Assembly: GCA_951406725.2 (NCBI GenBank) | Contig: OX597837.1 | Location: 21,018,001-21,082,000 of the forward strand | DNA: 64,000 nt | Direction of reading: 5' to 3' | Source of the DNA: Octopus vulgaris | Lineage: Eukaryota | In this document: positions 13,441 through 27,419 of the stretch, piece by piece | Position numbering within the stretch: position 1 is the first letter of the stretch | Layout of the letters: every line of letters starts with the position of its first letter | Notes under the pieces: generated by a model | Database searches by the model: none | Seen by the model: the letters and a program-made list of their open reading frames with translations, nothing else | What the model was told of the DNA's origin: nothing | Program-made: the position numbers and the translations under genes

Positions 13441-13709
13441 GTGTGTGTGTGTATGTGTGTATGTATGTATGTATGTGTGTGTGTATGTATGTGTATGCGT
13501 ATTTGCATGTTTGTGTTAACACCAGTTAAAAATTGGTGTTTATGTTGTCTCATTTTGCCCTGTAACTTAACGTTTCAACAAATAAAGATCGATAAAACAC
13601 TAAGATTGATTGCTTAGACCCTTCAAAGTGATAGTCTAGCATGCTTGCCACCTAGTCACTGAAAATTAAGTAAAAGAATGAAATGAATTGTTTTTAATTG
13701 ATTTGTCAG

Positions 13710-13805
13710 ATACTTTTACTTCGAGAGAAAATAAACCACATAATTGAAAGGAAACAGAAGACTGATATCAACTATGATGAACGACTCGATAAATTCATGT
13801 CACAG
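13710..13805 (+). CDS. CEP63/DEUP1-like coiled-coil protein, exon (ILLLREKINHIIERKQKTDINYDERLDKFMSQ)
   Basis: tgtcag acceptor, gtaaag donor, 96 nt, phase 0/0, heptad-like. Confidence 0.75.
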
Positions 13806-13927
13806 GTAAAGAAATCGGGTTGAATTCATTTTTCAATTTTATTTCCATCTCGCGAACTTACTCATCTACTCACCCTATCCAAACACTATTTACACTGGAA
13901 TATACGCTCCGTCACGTCTTCACAACT

Positions 13928-14000
<73 letters not shown>

Positions 14001-14351
14001 GCTGGGGTGACCATGTATCTCCTCTGCAATAAGATACCTATTTCTGTCCTCTATTCATACTTTAACTTCTAACCTGGCAGAAAGCCGCTTCCCTCAATAC
14101 TACCGCCTACTGAGTTTTGGTGACTTCACTGATGCTGGTGCCACGTAAAAAGCACTCAGTACAACTCTGTAAAGTGGTTGACGTTAGGATGGGCATCCAG
14201 CTGTAGAAATTATGGCAAAGTGAAGTGGAGCAACGTGAAATAAAGTGTCTTGCTCAAGAACACAACACACAACCTGGTCTGGGAATGACTGTGAGTCCAA
14301 CGCTCTAAGCACTGGCTCATTTCCAATTCTCCTATTGACTCTGCAGCAACC

Positions 14352-15074
14352 GAACTCGGGTTTAGGGAAGGTTTTCGGTGCTTCATTTTGGTCCGACCAC
14401 TGCGAAGAACGTTTTTTATTATTGTACAGAATCCACTTTTCATCGCAAGTTACAATATGGTCATAAAATGGATCGGTCTGGTTACGGAGAAGAAGCAACG
14501 AGAAAATTTTGTATCTGCGCATTTACTGATTTTCATTCAAATCATGTGGTACCCATTAATCGAGCTATTTTGATCTTCCGATCGCATGCAAGTGGTTGGT
14601 GGCTAGTTTTCTGGCTAACTTGTGGGTATTTTGCCAGTTATCGAGTGGTTTTACATAGATCTTTCTCAATGACGGTCTTTAATTGACTGTCATCGATGAC
14701 AGATGGGCGCCCACTACACTCACGATCTTCAAGGCCCTGGTCTCCACTGCGAAATCGTTTAAACTATTTTCGAGCTGACCACTCACTGGTCATTTCCTCG
14801 CTAAACGTTTCGTTGATATCGCCAGCAATTTCAGCTGCTTTACGTCCTTTTTTGAAGCTGAACAGGAAAATTGCTCGAATATCGCGCCATTTCAGATGAT
14901 TATAACAACGGTGAGAAAAATATTAATGTTAATTTATTGATGCATTTGGGCAGGTCTATGCCTGTGTTATCAGACAAATGCAAAAACAAATTGTTTAAAA
15001 AATTCAAAACTCTGCAAAAATCCGGTACAAATTCTTCATAGTTCAAAACGTTGCTTACTTTTTGCTGAACCTGA
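14352..15074 (-). mobile_element. degenerate mariner 5' part (cecropia/Hsmar1-like)
   Basis: TIR-like tcaggttcagcaaaaagtaagc next to TA; IRAIFLFSFKKGRKAAE, WVPH and IVTCDEKWILYNN remnants. Confidence 0.8.
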
Positions 15075-15896
15075 TAGAAAACTTATGAAGTATTCTAAAG
15101 CAACGAGTTTGCAAGAATGGACGCTACTTAAGGAGTAAGAATGAACTGTGGCAGGCAATAGTGGATGTATCTCGTAGTATCAGTGAAGATGTATCGGAGG
15201 AGATCCGAAAACTAGCATGTTCTGTGGACCAGCACCTTTTCCAACTTATTTCAAACAAATATCCCTTACTAATCAGCTCACTTCTCATTTTTGAACGTTC
15301 TTTATTTGTTAATTTCTATTTCTTCCCATGTTTATGACTGTATGTGTTCAGTTCAGTCTGCTTCAAACAATTAAATTGGTATTTTCTTGTTTGCATGAGT
15401 TTTACTTACACTTCGTTAATAATTTGAAACAATGAAAGTTTACGGAAATTTGGTAAATGGCCGTAGTTTCTGTGTTGTTTTACGGAACCTCAGGGTTTTT
15501 CACACACCTCGCGTATATAACTGTTGCCCTAATACTGAAACAATTTCGTTGAATTCCAACGAGTAATTTTTAAATAAAATAAAAAATGTTACGTCGTTAA
15601 TAATATGAAACACAGAGTATATTACACGGTGAGAAAAAATTGCCAACAAACCAGTGTTATCAAACAAGAATACTTTTTAATTTTTATTCTGCATGCGTCG
15701 CATGCGCATTATATCGGAAAGGCAGTGGACTAAAGATCAAACTAGCAGAAAGCTTTAAGCAATAATGCCGTTGATTACAAAATACATGATTGATTGATTG
15801 AGTGCGTGAGTGAGTGATTGTCTACTTTTCCATTATAAAAAAAAATACAATTCTGCTTTGTTCTTCTTCTGGTTTTCTTCTATTTAATTATTTCAG

Positions 15897-16022
15897 TCAA
15901 ATAAACTGAAAGAAGTGTACGAACGTCTTCACGAAAAATACTTGATGAAGATGAATGACTTGCAGAAAGGGAACAAGGAACAGCAAAGACAGTTAATCGA
16001 ACGACATTCAAAAAACAAAAAG
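15897..16022 (+). CDS. CEP63/DEUP1-like coiled-coil protein, exon (SNKLKEVYERLHEKYLMKMNDLQKGNKEQQRQLIERHSKNKK)
   Basis: long pyrimidine tract plus tttcag, donor aag/gttgcc, 126 nt, phase 0/0; LKEVYERLHEK resembles CEP63 LKRSYEKLQKK. Confidence 0.72.
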
Positions 16023-16118
16023 GTTGCCATTTGTGTTTTGTCAAAGCAAAATTCATGCTCCCACTCCATTCTCTCTCCCTCTCCCCTCTTTCTTTCTCTC
16101 TCCCCTTCTCTCCCTCCC

Positions 16119-16157
<39 letters not shown>

Positions 16158-16522
16158 AAACTTGAGACAGTTCTCTAACAAACACTTATGCTGTTTACAT
16201 GTGTATATATTTTTTATCCTTTACTTGTTTCAGTCATTAGACTGCGGCCATGTTGGGGCACTGCCTTGAGGAATTTTTGGTCGAGGGAATCAACCCCAGT
16301 GCTTATTTTATAAAAGCCTGGTAGTTATTTTATCGGTCTATTATGCCGAACTAGTGACGAAAAAGTTACGAATAAGTTACGGCTGCATAAACAAACTCTC
16401 ACCAGTTATCAAGTGATGGTAATGGGTGGGAGGACAAACACACACACACACACATACATACATATTCAAATGTGTAAAACATAATATCATGAATTGCGAT
16501 AGCGAAACCGGTCGATATATTA

Positions 16523-16553
<31 letters not shown>

Positions 16554-16659
16554 ACATTTAAATAATGAGGGAGATAAATTGAATATTAATTTAATTAATA
16601 TCAATTTAAAACCAGTAGCCTAGCATATAAAAAATATGAAAAATCAGAAAAAATTTCAA

Positions 16660-17177
16660 TACATGTGTATATTTAGGGCTAAAAAACCACTAGGTGGATA
16701 GCCATATGCTAGAAGAAGATCACATACAATCTAACTACAAAGAAAGAATGTTCTCCAGAGAAAATTTAGCGAACACCAGAACATAGGCTGGCAAGACAGA
16801 TGAAAATTATATAAAAATCAAGAATTAATCGTATACCGGTTTCTTCTTATTACCGAATAAATTACTTACGTAATCCTTCGTCCGTAGATTCATCAGTACG
16901 ATCGTTCCACATTCAATATAATTTGCAAAACTAAACACTAGTTTTCTATATAAAACCGGACACGTGCTTAGTTTTACCGATTACATTGGGATTATTTTCA
17001 AATGTCTGAGCTCTGGCGCGCTAAATTCCGGAAGCAGTTCTGCAGCAGATAATTTACTGCAGTTAATGTTCGCTGAATTTTCTCTGGAGAACATTCTTTC
17101 TTTGTAGTTAGATCGTATGTGATCTTCTTCTAGCATATGGCTATCCACCTAGTGGTTTTTTAGCCCTAAATATACAC

Positions 17178-17182
<5 letters not shown>
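16660..17182. repeat. inverted repeat, 116-bp arms, enclosing a hammerhead motif
   Basis: 16660-16775 versus 17067-17182 with about 2 mismatches. Confidence 0.93.
16828..16902 (-). ncRNA. type I hammerhead ribozyme motif
   Basis: minus strand aucgua-CUGAUGA-(stem II)-GAAAC-cg-GUA-uacgau; 6-bp stem I, intact core. Confidence 0.65.
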
Positions 17183-17501
<319 letters not shown>

Positions 17502-17654
17502 CTATATATATGCGACATGCTTCTTTCAGTTTCCATCTACCAAATCTACTCACAAGCCTTGGTCGACCTAAGGCTATTGTATAAGACACCTGCCCAAGGT
17601 GCCACGCAGCGGGACTGAACCCGGAACCATGTGGTTGGGAAGCAAGCTTCTTAC

Positions 17655-17983
17655 TGAATAGCATGAGGAACATTCTCGTGAAGTTAAACATCTCATCTGG
17701 CCAGCACAGTCCCCAGATATCAATATCATAAAATGCACATTTATGCGGCATTTTAGAAAAACCAAGTAAGGAGTCAAAATCCTCCAGCATCATCTCTACA
17801 AGAACTGGAGACTGTTTCAGCTGAAGAATGGGCAAAAATTCCTTTCTTAACAATTCAAACTTTGTATGAGTCCATGCCTCGTAGAATTCAAGCTGTAATT
17901 ACTGCCAAAGGCGGTCCTACCTCATATTAAAATAAATTTGTTTTGAAATTGTAAGGTGTTTCCATTATTTTGTCCAACCCCTT
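17655..17983 (+). mobile_element. Tc1-like transposon 3' fragment, same family as 61380-61850
   Basis: [11 protein letters not shown] and [22 protein letters not shown] followed by TIR gtttccattattttgtccaacccct. Confidence 0.85.
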
Positions 17984-18015
<32 letters not shown>

Positions 18016-18402
18016 TGTATGTATGTATGTATGTATGTGTGTATGTATGTGTGTGTGTCTGTGTGTATGTATGTATGTATGTATGTATGTATGTGTGTGT
18101 ATGTATGTATGTATGTATGTATGTATGTACGTATTCATGTGTGTGTGTCTTTGTCTCTGCACCCAACCATTGCTTGACAACTGATGTTGGTGTGTTTATG
18201 TCTCCGTAACTTAGCGGTTCGGCAAAAGAGACCGATAGGATAAGTATTAGGCTTACAATGAATAAATCCTGGAGTCGATTTCTTCGATTTAAAAAAAAAA
18301 AACCTATAAGGCAATGCTCCAGCATGGCTGCAGTTAAAATGACAAAATAAATGAAATTATGCTTTGTGAGATATTCTAAAATATTGATGTATGTGATTTC
18401 AG

Positions 18403-18527
18403 CGTTTGCTAACAACGATTAAGAGACTGAAAAGTAAGTTTCAGGCATCTAAAACAAAGCAGAGAGAAGATGAAGAGGATATTCGCGAACTTGTAGATTT
18501 GGTTAGAATCCAAGATAATGAACTGAT
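18403..18527 (+). CDS. coiled-coil protein exon (RLLTTIKRLKSKFQASKTKQREDEEDIRELVDLVRIQDNEL)
   Basis: tttcag acceptor, gtaagt donor, 125 nt, phase 0/2 matching the next exon. Confidence 0.75.
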
Positions 18528-18540
18528 GTAAGTATAAATA

Positions 18541-19095
18541 TTGGGTTGTCCGGAAAGTTCGTGCCGATTTATAGCAGCTTACCTTTCGACTTATTTTAGA
18601 ACATGGTTGAGTCCATAAAATAGGATTTGACTACACCTCCATTTAGAGCACAGTTTATGCTATCTTTTCGTCGAAGAAGGTTTATGTTCCTATAACCTGT
18701 GTTAATTCTGTTACCCTTTAAAATGGAAGATAAGAAAGTTCATTTTCGGCACTTGATGCTTTGGGAACTAGACAAAAATTGCTGCAGCTCGGCTTGGATC
18801 TGTTATCCCACCCTCCATATTCACCAGATATTGCTCCTTCGGATTTCCACTTATTCAGGTCTCTGCAGAATAGTCTTAATGGTAAAAATTTGAATTCCTT
18901 GGATGACGTAAAAAGATACCTTGATGAATTCTTTGCCATGAAACCACCTCAATTATGGGAAGAGGGTATTTTCAAGATGGAGACGCATTGTGCAGGAAAA
19001 TGGTTCATATTTGGTTGATTAAAAATGTAATGGCAAGTATTTATTGACCATTTTTATTCTTTTAAAAATCGGCACGAACTTTCCGGACAACCCAA
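18541..19095 (+). mobile_element. internally deleted copy of the same mariner family (555 bp)
   Basis: same TIRs, TA duplications at 18539-40 and 19096-97; MEDKKVHFRHLML joined directly to GTRQKLLQLG...YSPDIAPSDFHLF. Confidence 0.95.
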
Positions 19096-19152
19096 TATTA
19101 TTGGGTAAGGCTTCCATTAGTCAATATTGAACATTCAGTTGCACATAGGTTC

Positions 19153-19590
19153 AGGCGTGGCTGCGTAGAAAGAAGCTTGCTTCCCAACCACATGGTTCCG
19201 GGTTCAGTCCCACTGCATGGCACCTTGGGCAAGTATCTTCAACTACAGCCTCAAGGATGACCAAAGCTTTATGAGTGTATTTGAAAGATCGAAACTGAAA
19301 GAATCTTGTTGTATATATGTGGGTATGTATGTTTGTGCGTATACGTATATATATGTATATCTATGTGTGTGTGTCTATATGACTGTGTTTGTCCACCACC
19401 ACCTCCTGACAAATGGTGTTGGTGTGTTTATGTCCCCATAACTTAGTGATTCGGCAAAAGAGACCAATGGAATAGTACCAGGCTTTAAAAACTTAAAGTA
19501 CAGGGGTCAATTTGTTCGACTAAAATTCTTCAAGGCAATGCTCCAGCATGGGCGCATTCTAATGACTGAAACAAGCAGAAGATAAAAAAT
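19153..19590 (+). mobile_element. OR2-like SINE
   Basis: same family, diverged full-length copy. Confidence 0.82.
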
Positions 19591-20129
19591 AAAGTTACAT
19601 ATGAAAGCCTGGGGAAAATGTTTTGAATGAAGTTAATAGTTGCCCATGGGTGCAAGTTTTCCTTTTCCACACTGTTAATTTTTATTCAAAGACAAGCCGG
19701 TACCAGTGTTGTCAAAACATAAAGAGCTGGAGCCAACAAAACCACAAGGCAGCTCTTCTAATCCTCTAACAGTTCTGCTAATCCCTCCATCCTCAGTTGC
19801 TACTTTTTATATCAACCCTGTACAGCACTGGATTCGATCCCGCGTTTTGCCACATAGAAATCGCAATTCAATCATGCTCGCTACCAAGCTTCTTTATTTT
19901 ATCAAATTTTCCATAAAGGTAGTACATAGAGTAAGAAAGCTTGCGGGCTGGACACGGACATTAATGAGATAAATGATGATACAAGGATGATAAGGATGGG
20001 AGAAGACGAAAAGCGCCCGCCGACTTTTGCTTCTCTAAAACATTGCCACACAGCAACTCCTTCGCCTGCACGTCCACCTTTTCTTTTCAATATAATAGTA
20101 TGTGTTTCTAACTCTTCTCTTTTCCTTCA

Positions 20130-20500
20130 TCTTTTACTTGTTTCAGTCATTAGGCTGTGGCCATGCTGAGGGAGCAAACATGAAGGGCTTACTGAAACGG
20201 TGCATTTTTTTTAAGGCTCTTACGGTCCTTATCTCATCAGTCTCTTTTGCTTTACTGCTAAGTTGTGAGGATGCAAACACTCCAACACCGTTGCTGGCAG
20301 TTTAGCAGGAAGAGATCACAACCACAAACACACAAGCGTGCGCGCGCATGCACACACACACACACATGTCAAGGGCTTCGTTCAATTTCCGTCAACCAAA
20401 TACACTCACAAGTCTCTGGTCAGCCCGAGGATAAAGTAGAAGACACTTTCCCAAGATACCATGCAGTGAAACTGAACCCAGAACCATGTGGTTGGGAAAT
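20130..20500 (-). mobile_element. OR2-like SINE
   Basis: diverged reverse copy. Confidence 0.75.
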
Positions 20501-20649
20501 AAAGACAGGATACTCATACTTTGACCATTGGTCCGATGGATCGAGCCTGACCTCAGACTAAGCAACAACAAACTCATTTGCTGGTTTTACTGTTCTGAAG
20601 CCTACCATCACAGGCTTCCATTCATTTGTAAATTCTGATTTCATTACAG

Positions 20650-20788
20650 TAATGCTGATAACGCTGATAACCTCCTGAAGAGAGCTATAGCTGCGTTGAG
20701 GACAAATTTGGAGGCGAAAAGCGTTTACATCTCTGACTTGGAGTTGGAACTCGCACAGACTAAAAGAACTGAAGAAAACAGAAAGAAG
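20650..20788 (+). CDS. coiled-coil protein exon (NADNADNLLKRAIAALRTNLEAKSVYISDLELELAQTKRTEENRKK)
   Basis: ttacag acceptor, aag/gtttgt donor, 139 nt, phase 2/0. Confidence 0.75.
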
Positions 20789-20820
20789 GTTTGTAGTTAA
20801 TAGATGTATATATGTACGTA

Positions 20821-20861
<41 letters not shown>

Positions 20862-22584
20862 TGTTCTCTTTCTCTATTTAGAGTAAATTTTGACCAACTT
20901 CCTACTTGGTAGCAAGGTTATGAAAAAGGTATTTTGTTTTAACTATCATCCTTTAAATCTTAAGAAGGTCTTGCAGATTGTTTTAATCCCAGATATCGTG
21001 GTATGTATGTATGTATGTATGTATGTATGTATGTATGTATGTATGTATGTATGTATGTATGTATGTATGTATGTATGCATGCATGTATGCATGTATGTAT
21101 GTTTTTCTCTTGTTTTTAATTTAGAGTAAATTTTGGTCGGCCACCTTTTTGCTAGCCAGGTTGTGAAGAAAAGTGCCTTGATATAAACCATCATCGTTTA
21201 AATCTTAAGAAGGTCTAACAGATTTTTATAGTTCCAGATATCGTGATCATTTGTAGCATATGAATTAAGGATTTGCATTCTCTCCCCAAGATCCTAAGTT
21301 CAACCATACTTATCCCCAGTCGGGCCGGTACTTACTCTGTTACTCCAATAATTACGGGTATGAAGCTGAAAGCATATTCAGGGTACTGGATTTGCAAACT
21401 TGTTATTAATTGTCTATAGATGTCCTCTTTCTTTTGTACGTACATATGTATGTATGTTTGACAGCTGATGTTGGTTTGTTCATGTTGCCATAATCTAGCG
21501 GTTCTTCAAAAGAAACTGATAGAAAAAATACCAGCCTTAAAAATGAGATCATTTTGTTTGACTAAAACTCTTAAAGATGCTACCCTAGCATAGCTACAGT
21601 CCAATGACCAAAACAAAAAGATCTTTTTTATTCATGCTATTTCATCTTTCTGTTTGCCACAATATCCAAAATATTTCTCCCTTTGCAACATAGTAGCATG
21701 TCATTTTAAAAAGACCCATTAACAATAGCAGCCAATTTTTGTTTTTTTTAATGAAGTTGATTTTGTAAGTTTGGCTCGACCAGACGTTTTACCACACAAA
21801 AATCACTAGTTGACTGTGCACAAAATCCAATTTTGGTTTAATCAACAGCTGCTGTTCATGTGATTAGTTTGGCAGCATGACTAGAACCAGGCATGTGTCG
21901 TCAGTAATTACTCAGGGTTGGCAGCTGGTAACCTTTATGTACTAAAACACACAAAAATAAGCATAACACAGACGCGCGATTGAGTTGTAGGCAGATTTAA
22001 ATCTGCCTTTATAGCACGTAAAGAAAACGTTCTTGTAGGAATGTACGCGACACGTGTGCTACAGCATTATTGTGCATAGCTTAAATACTGAGACTGAAAT
22101 GCAGGGACGAATTATGCCTACCTAATCTATAAAAAGATAAAATATTTTGCATTTTATGCATAGTAGACAGAGTAACCTTCATAATTTTATTGAATTAGGT
22201 GCATATTTTGCCATGAAAGGAGAATGTTGCTATCGATCTATTTTATTCCAGGTAGGCACTGCCTATCATGCCTGCCTAGACGGCACGTCCCTGACTGGAG
22301 CCTTCCGTGAACACAGCCCACAAATACAGCTCAATTAAGTACCAAAACACCACGGCAACAAGAATATATGTTGATGTGTAAAAATTAACCCAAATGTTGA
22401 ATTTCCGACGATGATTTTCTGCACTTGTCATATACATCTTTTCATCTGAGTGTTCCTTTTCTTGTATTGCTTTTCTTGTAATACTTTCTATATTAATGTA
22501 ATAATAGATTTCATTCATAAATATAAAGCAACCTCCTTCCGACCATATTACAATTTCTTATATATTTCTTACTTCTAATTACAG

Positions 22585-22707
22585 CTTGACCACGCCCAAA
22601 TACAAAGCCTACTGGCTGCAAAGGCACATCTTGAGAAAGACGTGGCACGATACAAAGAGAATTCTAGAGACTGCTTCTACTTGCAAGAGCAAGTAAAGAA
22701 ATTAAAA
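22585..22707 (+). CDS. coiled-coil protein exon (LDHAQIQSLLAAKAHLEKDVARYKENSRDCFYLQEQVKKLK)
   Basis: ttacag acceptor, gtaagt donor, 123 nt, phase 0/0. Confidence 0.75.
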
Positions 22708-22802
22708 GTAAGTAAATACCAGCCATAACAAACAACCTCCCATATATACTACTGATCTAATGTTGAGTGTTTCTTTTTAGGACATATGAAATACTGACCG
22801 AT

Positions 22803-22860
<58 letters not shown>

Positions 22861-22964
22861 GGGGGAATCAAAATAGAAAATGCTAAAATAATTTTATAAT
22901 TTTATAAAAAACATTTCCGTACCGGTTTCAGTCATTGAGACTTTTTCAACTGTAAGTATGGAAA

Positions 22965-23364
<400 letters not shown>

Positions 23365-23755
23365 TATGCGTCAACTCGTAGACGAGTATGAACATCACAT
23401 TGCACCAGTCCACAATTCCATCCTGGAGATCAACTACTTGACAAAGATGAGCATCAAAACTGTCGTCCTTCGTCCTCCCTACACTCCAGAACTTGCTCCC
23501 GGTGTCATTTAATTGCTTGTCAAGATGAAGAACCTTAGGGGCAGTCGTTTTGAGGATATTGAGATGAAAGAGGTTGTGACAAGGGTTCTGGACATCTTCG
23601 CTTTAGACTTCCAAGGGACCTTCACAAAGCGACACAAGTGCTAAAACTGCATTGAAGTCAGAAGATCCTACTTTGAAGAATTTTATTGTTTTGTACTTCT
23701 TTGAAATTAATAAATGTCTTTCCTGAAACAGTCTTAAAACTCCTGGAATTTACTT
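23365..23755 (+). mobile_element. highly decayed mariner 3' fragment
   Basis: remnant PPYTPELAP (YSPDLAP-like) and [11 protein letters not shown]; boundaries approximate. Confidence 0.6.
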
Positions 23756-23795
23756 TGTCCACACATTCATACATACGTTCATATCTTTTGTTCAG

Positions 23796-23837
23796 GCCAG
23801 AAATGCTGAATTGGGGGACGATATGATTGATGAATAA
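23796..23837 (+). CDS. probable stop-containing exon of the coiled-coil gene (ARNAELGDDMIDE*)
   Basis: ttttgttcag acceptor in phase 0, TAA at 23835-23837; exon apparently continues to a donor at 23905/23906. Confidence 0.55.
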   Translation, partial: ARNAELGDDMIDE

Positions 23838-25164
23838 TCCTAAGTGGATATAACAGGTGGATTAAGCGAAAAGATATCTTGAAAGGCTTGGACTCCATAG
23901 GAAAGGTAGGCAAAATTTAGCCAGTTTCTCACTGCTTACAGCAAGCAAGATCATTTGAGTTTTTTTAAGTCCTTCTGCTTACGTCATGTAAATTTAGAAA
24001 ATTCAAGAGACATAAAATGAGTAGTTGCTTCCCAACCACATGGTTCCGGGTTCAGTTTCACTACGTGGTACCTTGGGCAAGCGTCTTTTTCTATTCTTTT
24101 TTACTAAAACTCTTCAAGGGTTTGGCCGCAATCCAACGACTGAAATAACTAAAAGATAAAAGATAGTTATTTGAATGGCTTAGCTGTTGTTTGCATTTTG
24201 TTTCTTTGTTTTCTTCCTTTTTTTTAATATAAGTATGTTCAGCAAGGTTCTGTTTTCTTACCATCATTAATTATAGTGAGTTTGAAGAGATCGCATCAAA
24301 TCTAGAGTCCAGATGAACAATTAGAAAATACAGAGTTAGCAAAGGATATCACGTTTAAAGGAAAACGTTGGCTTACTAATCGTCCTGACTGAGGCTCTTT
24401 ACCAACAGTTGGTCATTAATGTAAGTAGGGCAGTAAGTGCTTTTGACTCTCTTTCTTTCATTGCATATGTATATAGTGTAGTCACGAGCTTATTTGCTGT
24501 CGCTTGAATTGAGCTGGTCAATGAAAACATATTTCGTTGATTGAGTGAATCATAACTGAAGCAAACTCACGAACGCTTAATTTGATATTTATTGTCGGAT
24601 ATAATGGTTTTCCGTGTTGATAAATTACAATGAACAATATTGATCATTGCTGATTGGGAAAGAGAAAAACCGCACCATGTCAGTAAAAGTTGAGACATTG
24701 TATGAATGTCTGGATCTATCTGACCGAGAACCTGGAATTGTCAGTGTAAAATATACAGAACCGACTGCACGACAAGATTGGATATGCGAGTCGGTCAGTT
24801 ACCTTCAACACTCAGCAATTAATGAAGCACCAAAAATGTTTTTTATAAAAAGCAAGAAGTCAAAAAGATAGAACTTTCGAGAAAAACATGTCACGCCACA
24901 GCCTCGCGCTTATTGGTCGATTTATTGACCGATTACATGAAGTTGCAGTGATTCACTCATGATATGTGACCGAGTGTCTAGCGATTAGGTTTTGAATCCC
25001 CGCTACAAGTAGTCCTCTCCCAGTTCTTTACATGAAACCATAAAAAAAGACGAAATAATAAAACAGAGAGCTTGCATAAAAATACAATGGGCCAACACAA
25101 GTAGAAAAAAAACAAGAATCAATGCTGAAAGAATTTTTATGTAACAATGATAAGTCCGTAAGAT

Positions 25165-26110
25165 ATGCAAAGTTCTGGAGTTAAGTATTGGTGGTCGACC
25201 CTATCAAAGGCTTTCGACTGATCCAAATTGATAGGGGTCCCACCAATTTTAGGTTCTTTAGCCACCGTATCTCCGATGTATCGGCATGAGGTGGATAGAT
25301 CTGATTGAGGTTGCGCATATTTGCACATCACCAATCAAACTCTCGATCAAAATCTGCTAAATCTATCACATGAGCCCATCGAGCAGCTTTCGTCCCCGCA
25401 TGTCTTAGAATACATGCCTCAAATCTGACAATGCAATCTTCATACATCGCATTCATGAAATGGTAGAAAGCCAATCTCGCTGCAAGAACGTCAGTTGCGA
25501 TGTCTTTCCTAAGCGACTTCTTCGAAGTTTCTAACTACGTTTCCCTCTATTCTATTTCTTTCTATTGTTACAACCATACTAAACTTAATTGGTTCTAGTC
25601 TAATTGCCCTTTTTAGAGCAAACCATTTCCTGCTGGCGATTGATGCCGTTAACGTCTGCTTAATTCACTGATCCAATCTCTATAGACTTGGCATACCAGG
25701 ACTGATGCATTCAGCTTCCAGTAACTGGGTCCCTATCTACAAAACCTATCTCGGTCAATCGTACATATTACAAATTTGTGGTCTGTGCAACAGACGATAT
25801 TAAAAAGTGGACAACCTATGCTATTCTTTTCTACTCGGTTACTGAATGCTCTATCTAGATACGACTAGTTGACTAGATGTGTCTTGTTCATGTCTACACT
25901 GACACATTCGGAAATCCAGTTGGCGCGTCAGATAATTGGAAATGTGTGAGAAACTTTGCAAGGGCTTTGCACTCCTCTCTTATATCAGTCCTACACAATC
26001 CAAAGATGCCTACAAGATGGACTTTCATTCACCCACTAGTACTAAAGATTAGGACGTTCCCAGGAAAACATCTAGACTCCTTGTAGCTACTAGTCGGAAG
26101 GCACCCCTTT
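25165..26110 (-). mobile_element. decayed L1/Tx1-like LINE ORF2 fragment
   Basis: INLDQSKAFDRVDHQYL RT motif; upstream endonuclease-like remnants (SDHKFV, PSYWKLNAS). Confidence 0.75.
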
Positions 26111-26311
26111 CGCTCTTGTTCACATCAAGGACGAAATGCTTAGCGGTATTTCGCCTGTCGCTACGTTCTGAGTTCAAATTCCGCCGAGGTCGACTTTGCC
26201 TTTCATCCTTTCGGGGTCGATAAATTGAGTACCAGTGAAACACTGGGGTCGATGCAATCGACTATTCCCCTCCCCCAAAATATCATGCCTTGTGCCTTTA
26301 GTAGAAAGGCT

Positions 26312-26350
<39 letters not shown>

Positions 26351-26376
26351 CACGCACACACGCACACACACGCGCA

Positions 26377-26428
<52 letters not shown>

Positions 26429-26589
26429 CTTTCTATCTCTCTCTGTCACACACACGCATGCACACACAACCACATACCTTTTCTCTCTCTCTCTCTCTCT
26501 TTCTCTCGCTCTCTCTCTCACACACAATACACTACACTGCATTCCTCTTGTGCCTGTCTCTTAGTCTTTAACGAATTATTTCATTTCAG

Positions 26590-26700
26590 ATGTACAACGG
26601 AATCATTTGTAAGACTTTACATGAAGAACAAAGGCAGGAAGAGATTGGGCGGGCAATTTCTCCAAAGAACTACTCTACATTCGGCACAACACCCAAATAA
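26590..26700 (+). CDS. candidate distal terminal exon of the coiled-coil gene (MYNGIICKTLHEEQRQEEIGRAISPKNYSTFGTTPK*), or 3' UTR exon
   Basis: tttcatttcag acceptor followed by unique sequence that is open in phase 0 for 36 codons. Confidence 0.35.
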   Translation: MYNGIICKTLHEEQRQEEIGRAISPKNYSTFGTTPK

Positions 26701-26830
26701 CCATTCAACGATATATTAACAGTCTGTAAATGGTCATAGTAATATGATGGTGACATCTTTAATGAATGAAAAAATATAGAATAATCGAATATGCATTTAT
26801 TTATTTGTGTAAGTGTATGTGCGTATGTAG

Positions 26831-27130
26831 TGGAGGCACATGGCCTAGTGGTTAGAGCAGCGGACTCGAGGTCGAGGAATCGCGGGTTCGAATCTCAGAC
26901 CGGGTGATGTGTGTGTTTATGAGCGAAACACCCAAGCTCCACGTGGCACCGGCGGAAGGTAATGGCGAACTTCTGCTGACTCTTTCGCCACAACTTTCTC
27001 TCACTCTTTCCTCATGCATCTTGTAGCTCACCTGCGACGAATCGGTGTCCCGTCCAGGTGGGGAACCTATACGCGAAGGAAACCGGGAAACCGGCCCTTA
27101 TGAGCCAGGCATGATTCGAGAAGGAACAAA
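26831..27130 (+). mobile_element. tRNA-derived SINE with V-domain-like segment
   Basis: A box tggcctagtgg, B box ggttcgaatct; cctgcgacg...tcccgtccagg segment. Confidence 0.7.
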
Positions 27131-27419
27131 CATGTGTGTGCGTAAAGAAATGAAACTGAAAATGCACCTGGAGTCTTTAAGAAGATTTAAAAACATTGAC
27201 TTTACCGTTTTACTTCAAACGTAATATTAATGTTTTGAGTTCAAATTCTGCTGAGGTGAAACTTTGCCTTTTATACATATATATATGCGCGCGCGCGCGT
27301 GTGTGTACAATGGAAATGGGATGGTAATGTTCAACCCTGAAAATGTGTGAGTCTTTGTATGTATGTGTGTGCGTGTACAAGAGAACTATGTAAAACTTTA
27401 CATCTACTTGTAAAGTAAA

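Noticed and set aside
12758-13617. Long ORFs of YIHT/MYVC repeats (similar ones at 3648-4030, 17166-17853, 22894-23413, 35321-35782)
   Set aside because: Translations of (GTAT)n, (TA)n, (TG)n and (GATA)n microsatellites that simply lack stop codons
26831-26905. tRNA-like sequence with A and B boxes
   Set aside because: No closing acceptor stem and it continues into a SINE body; a SINE head, not a tRNA gene
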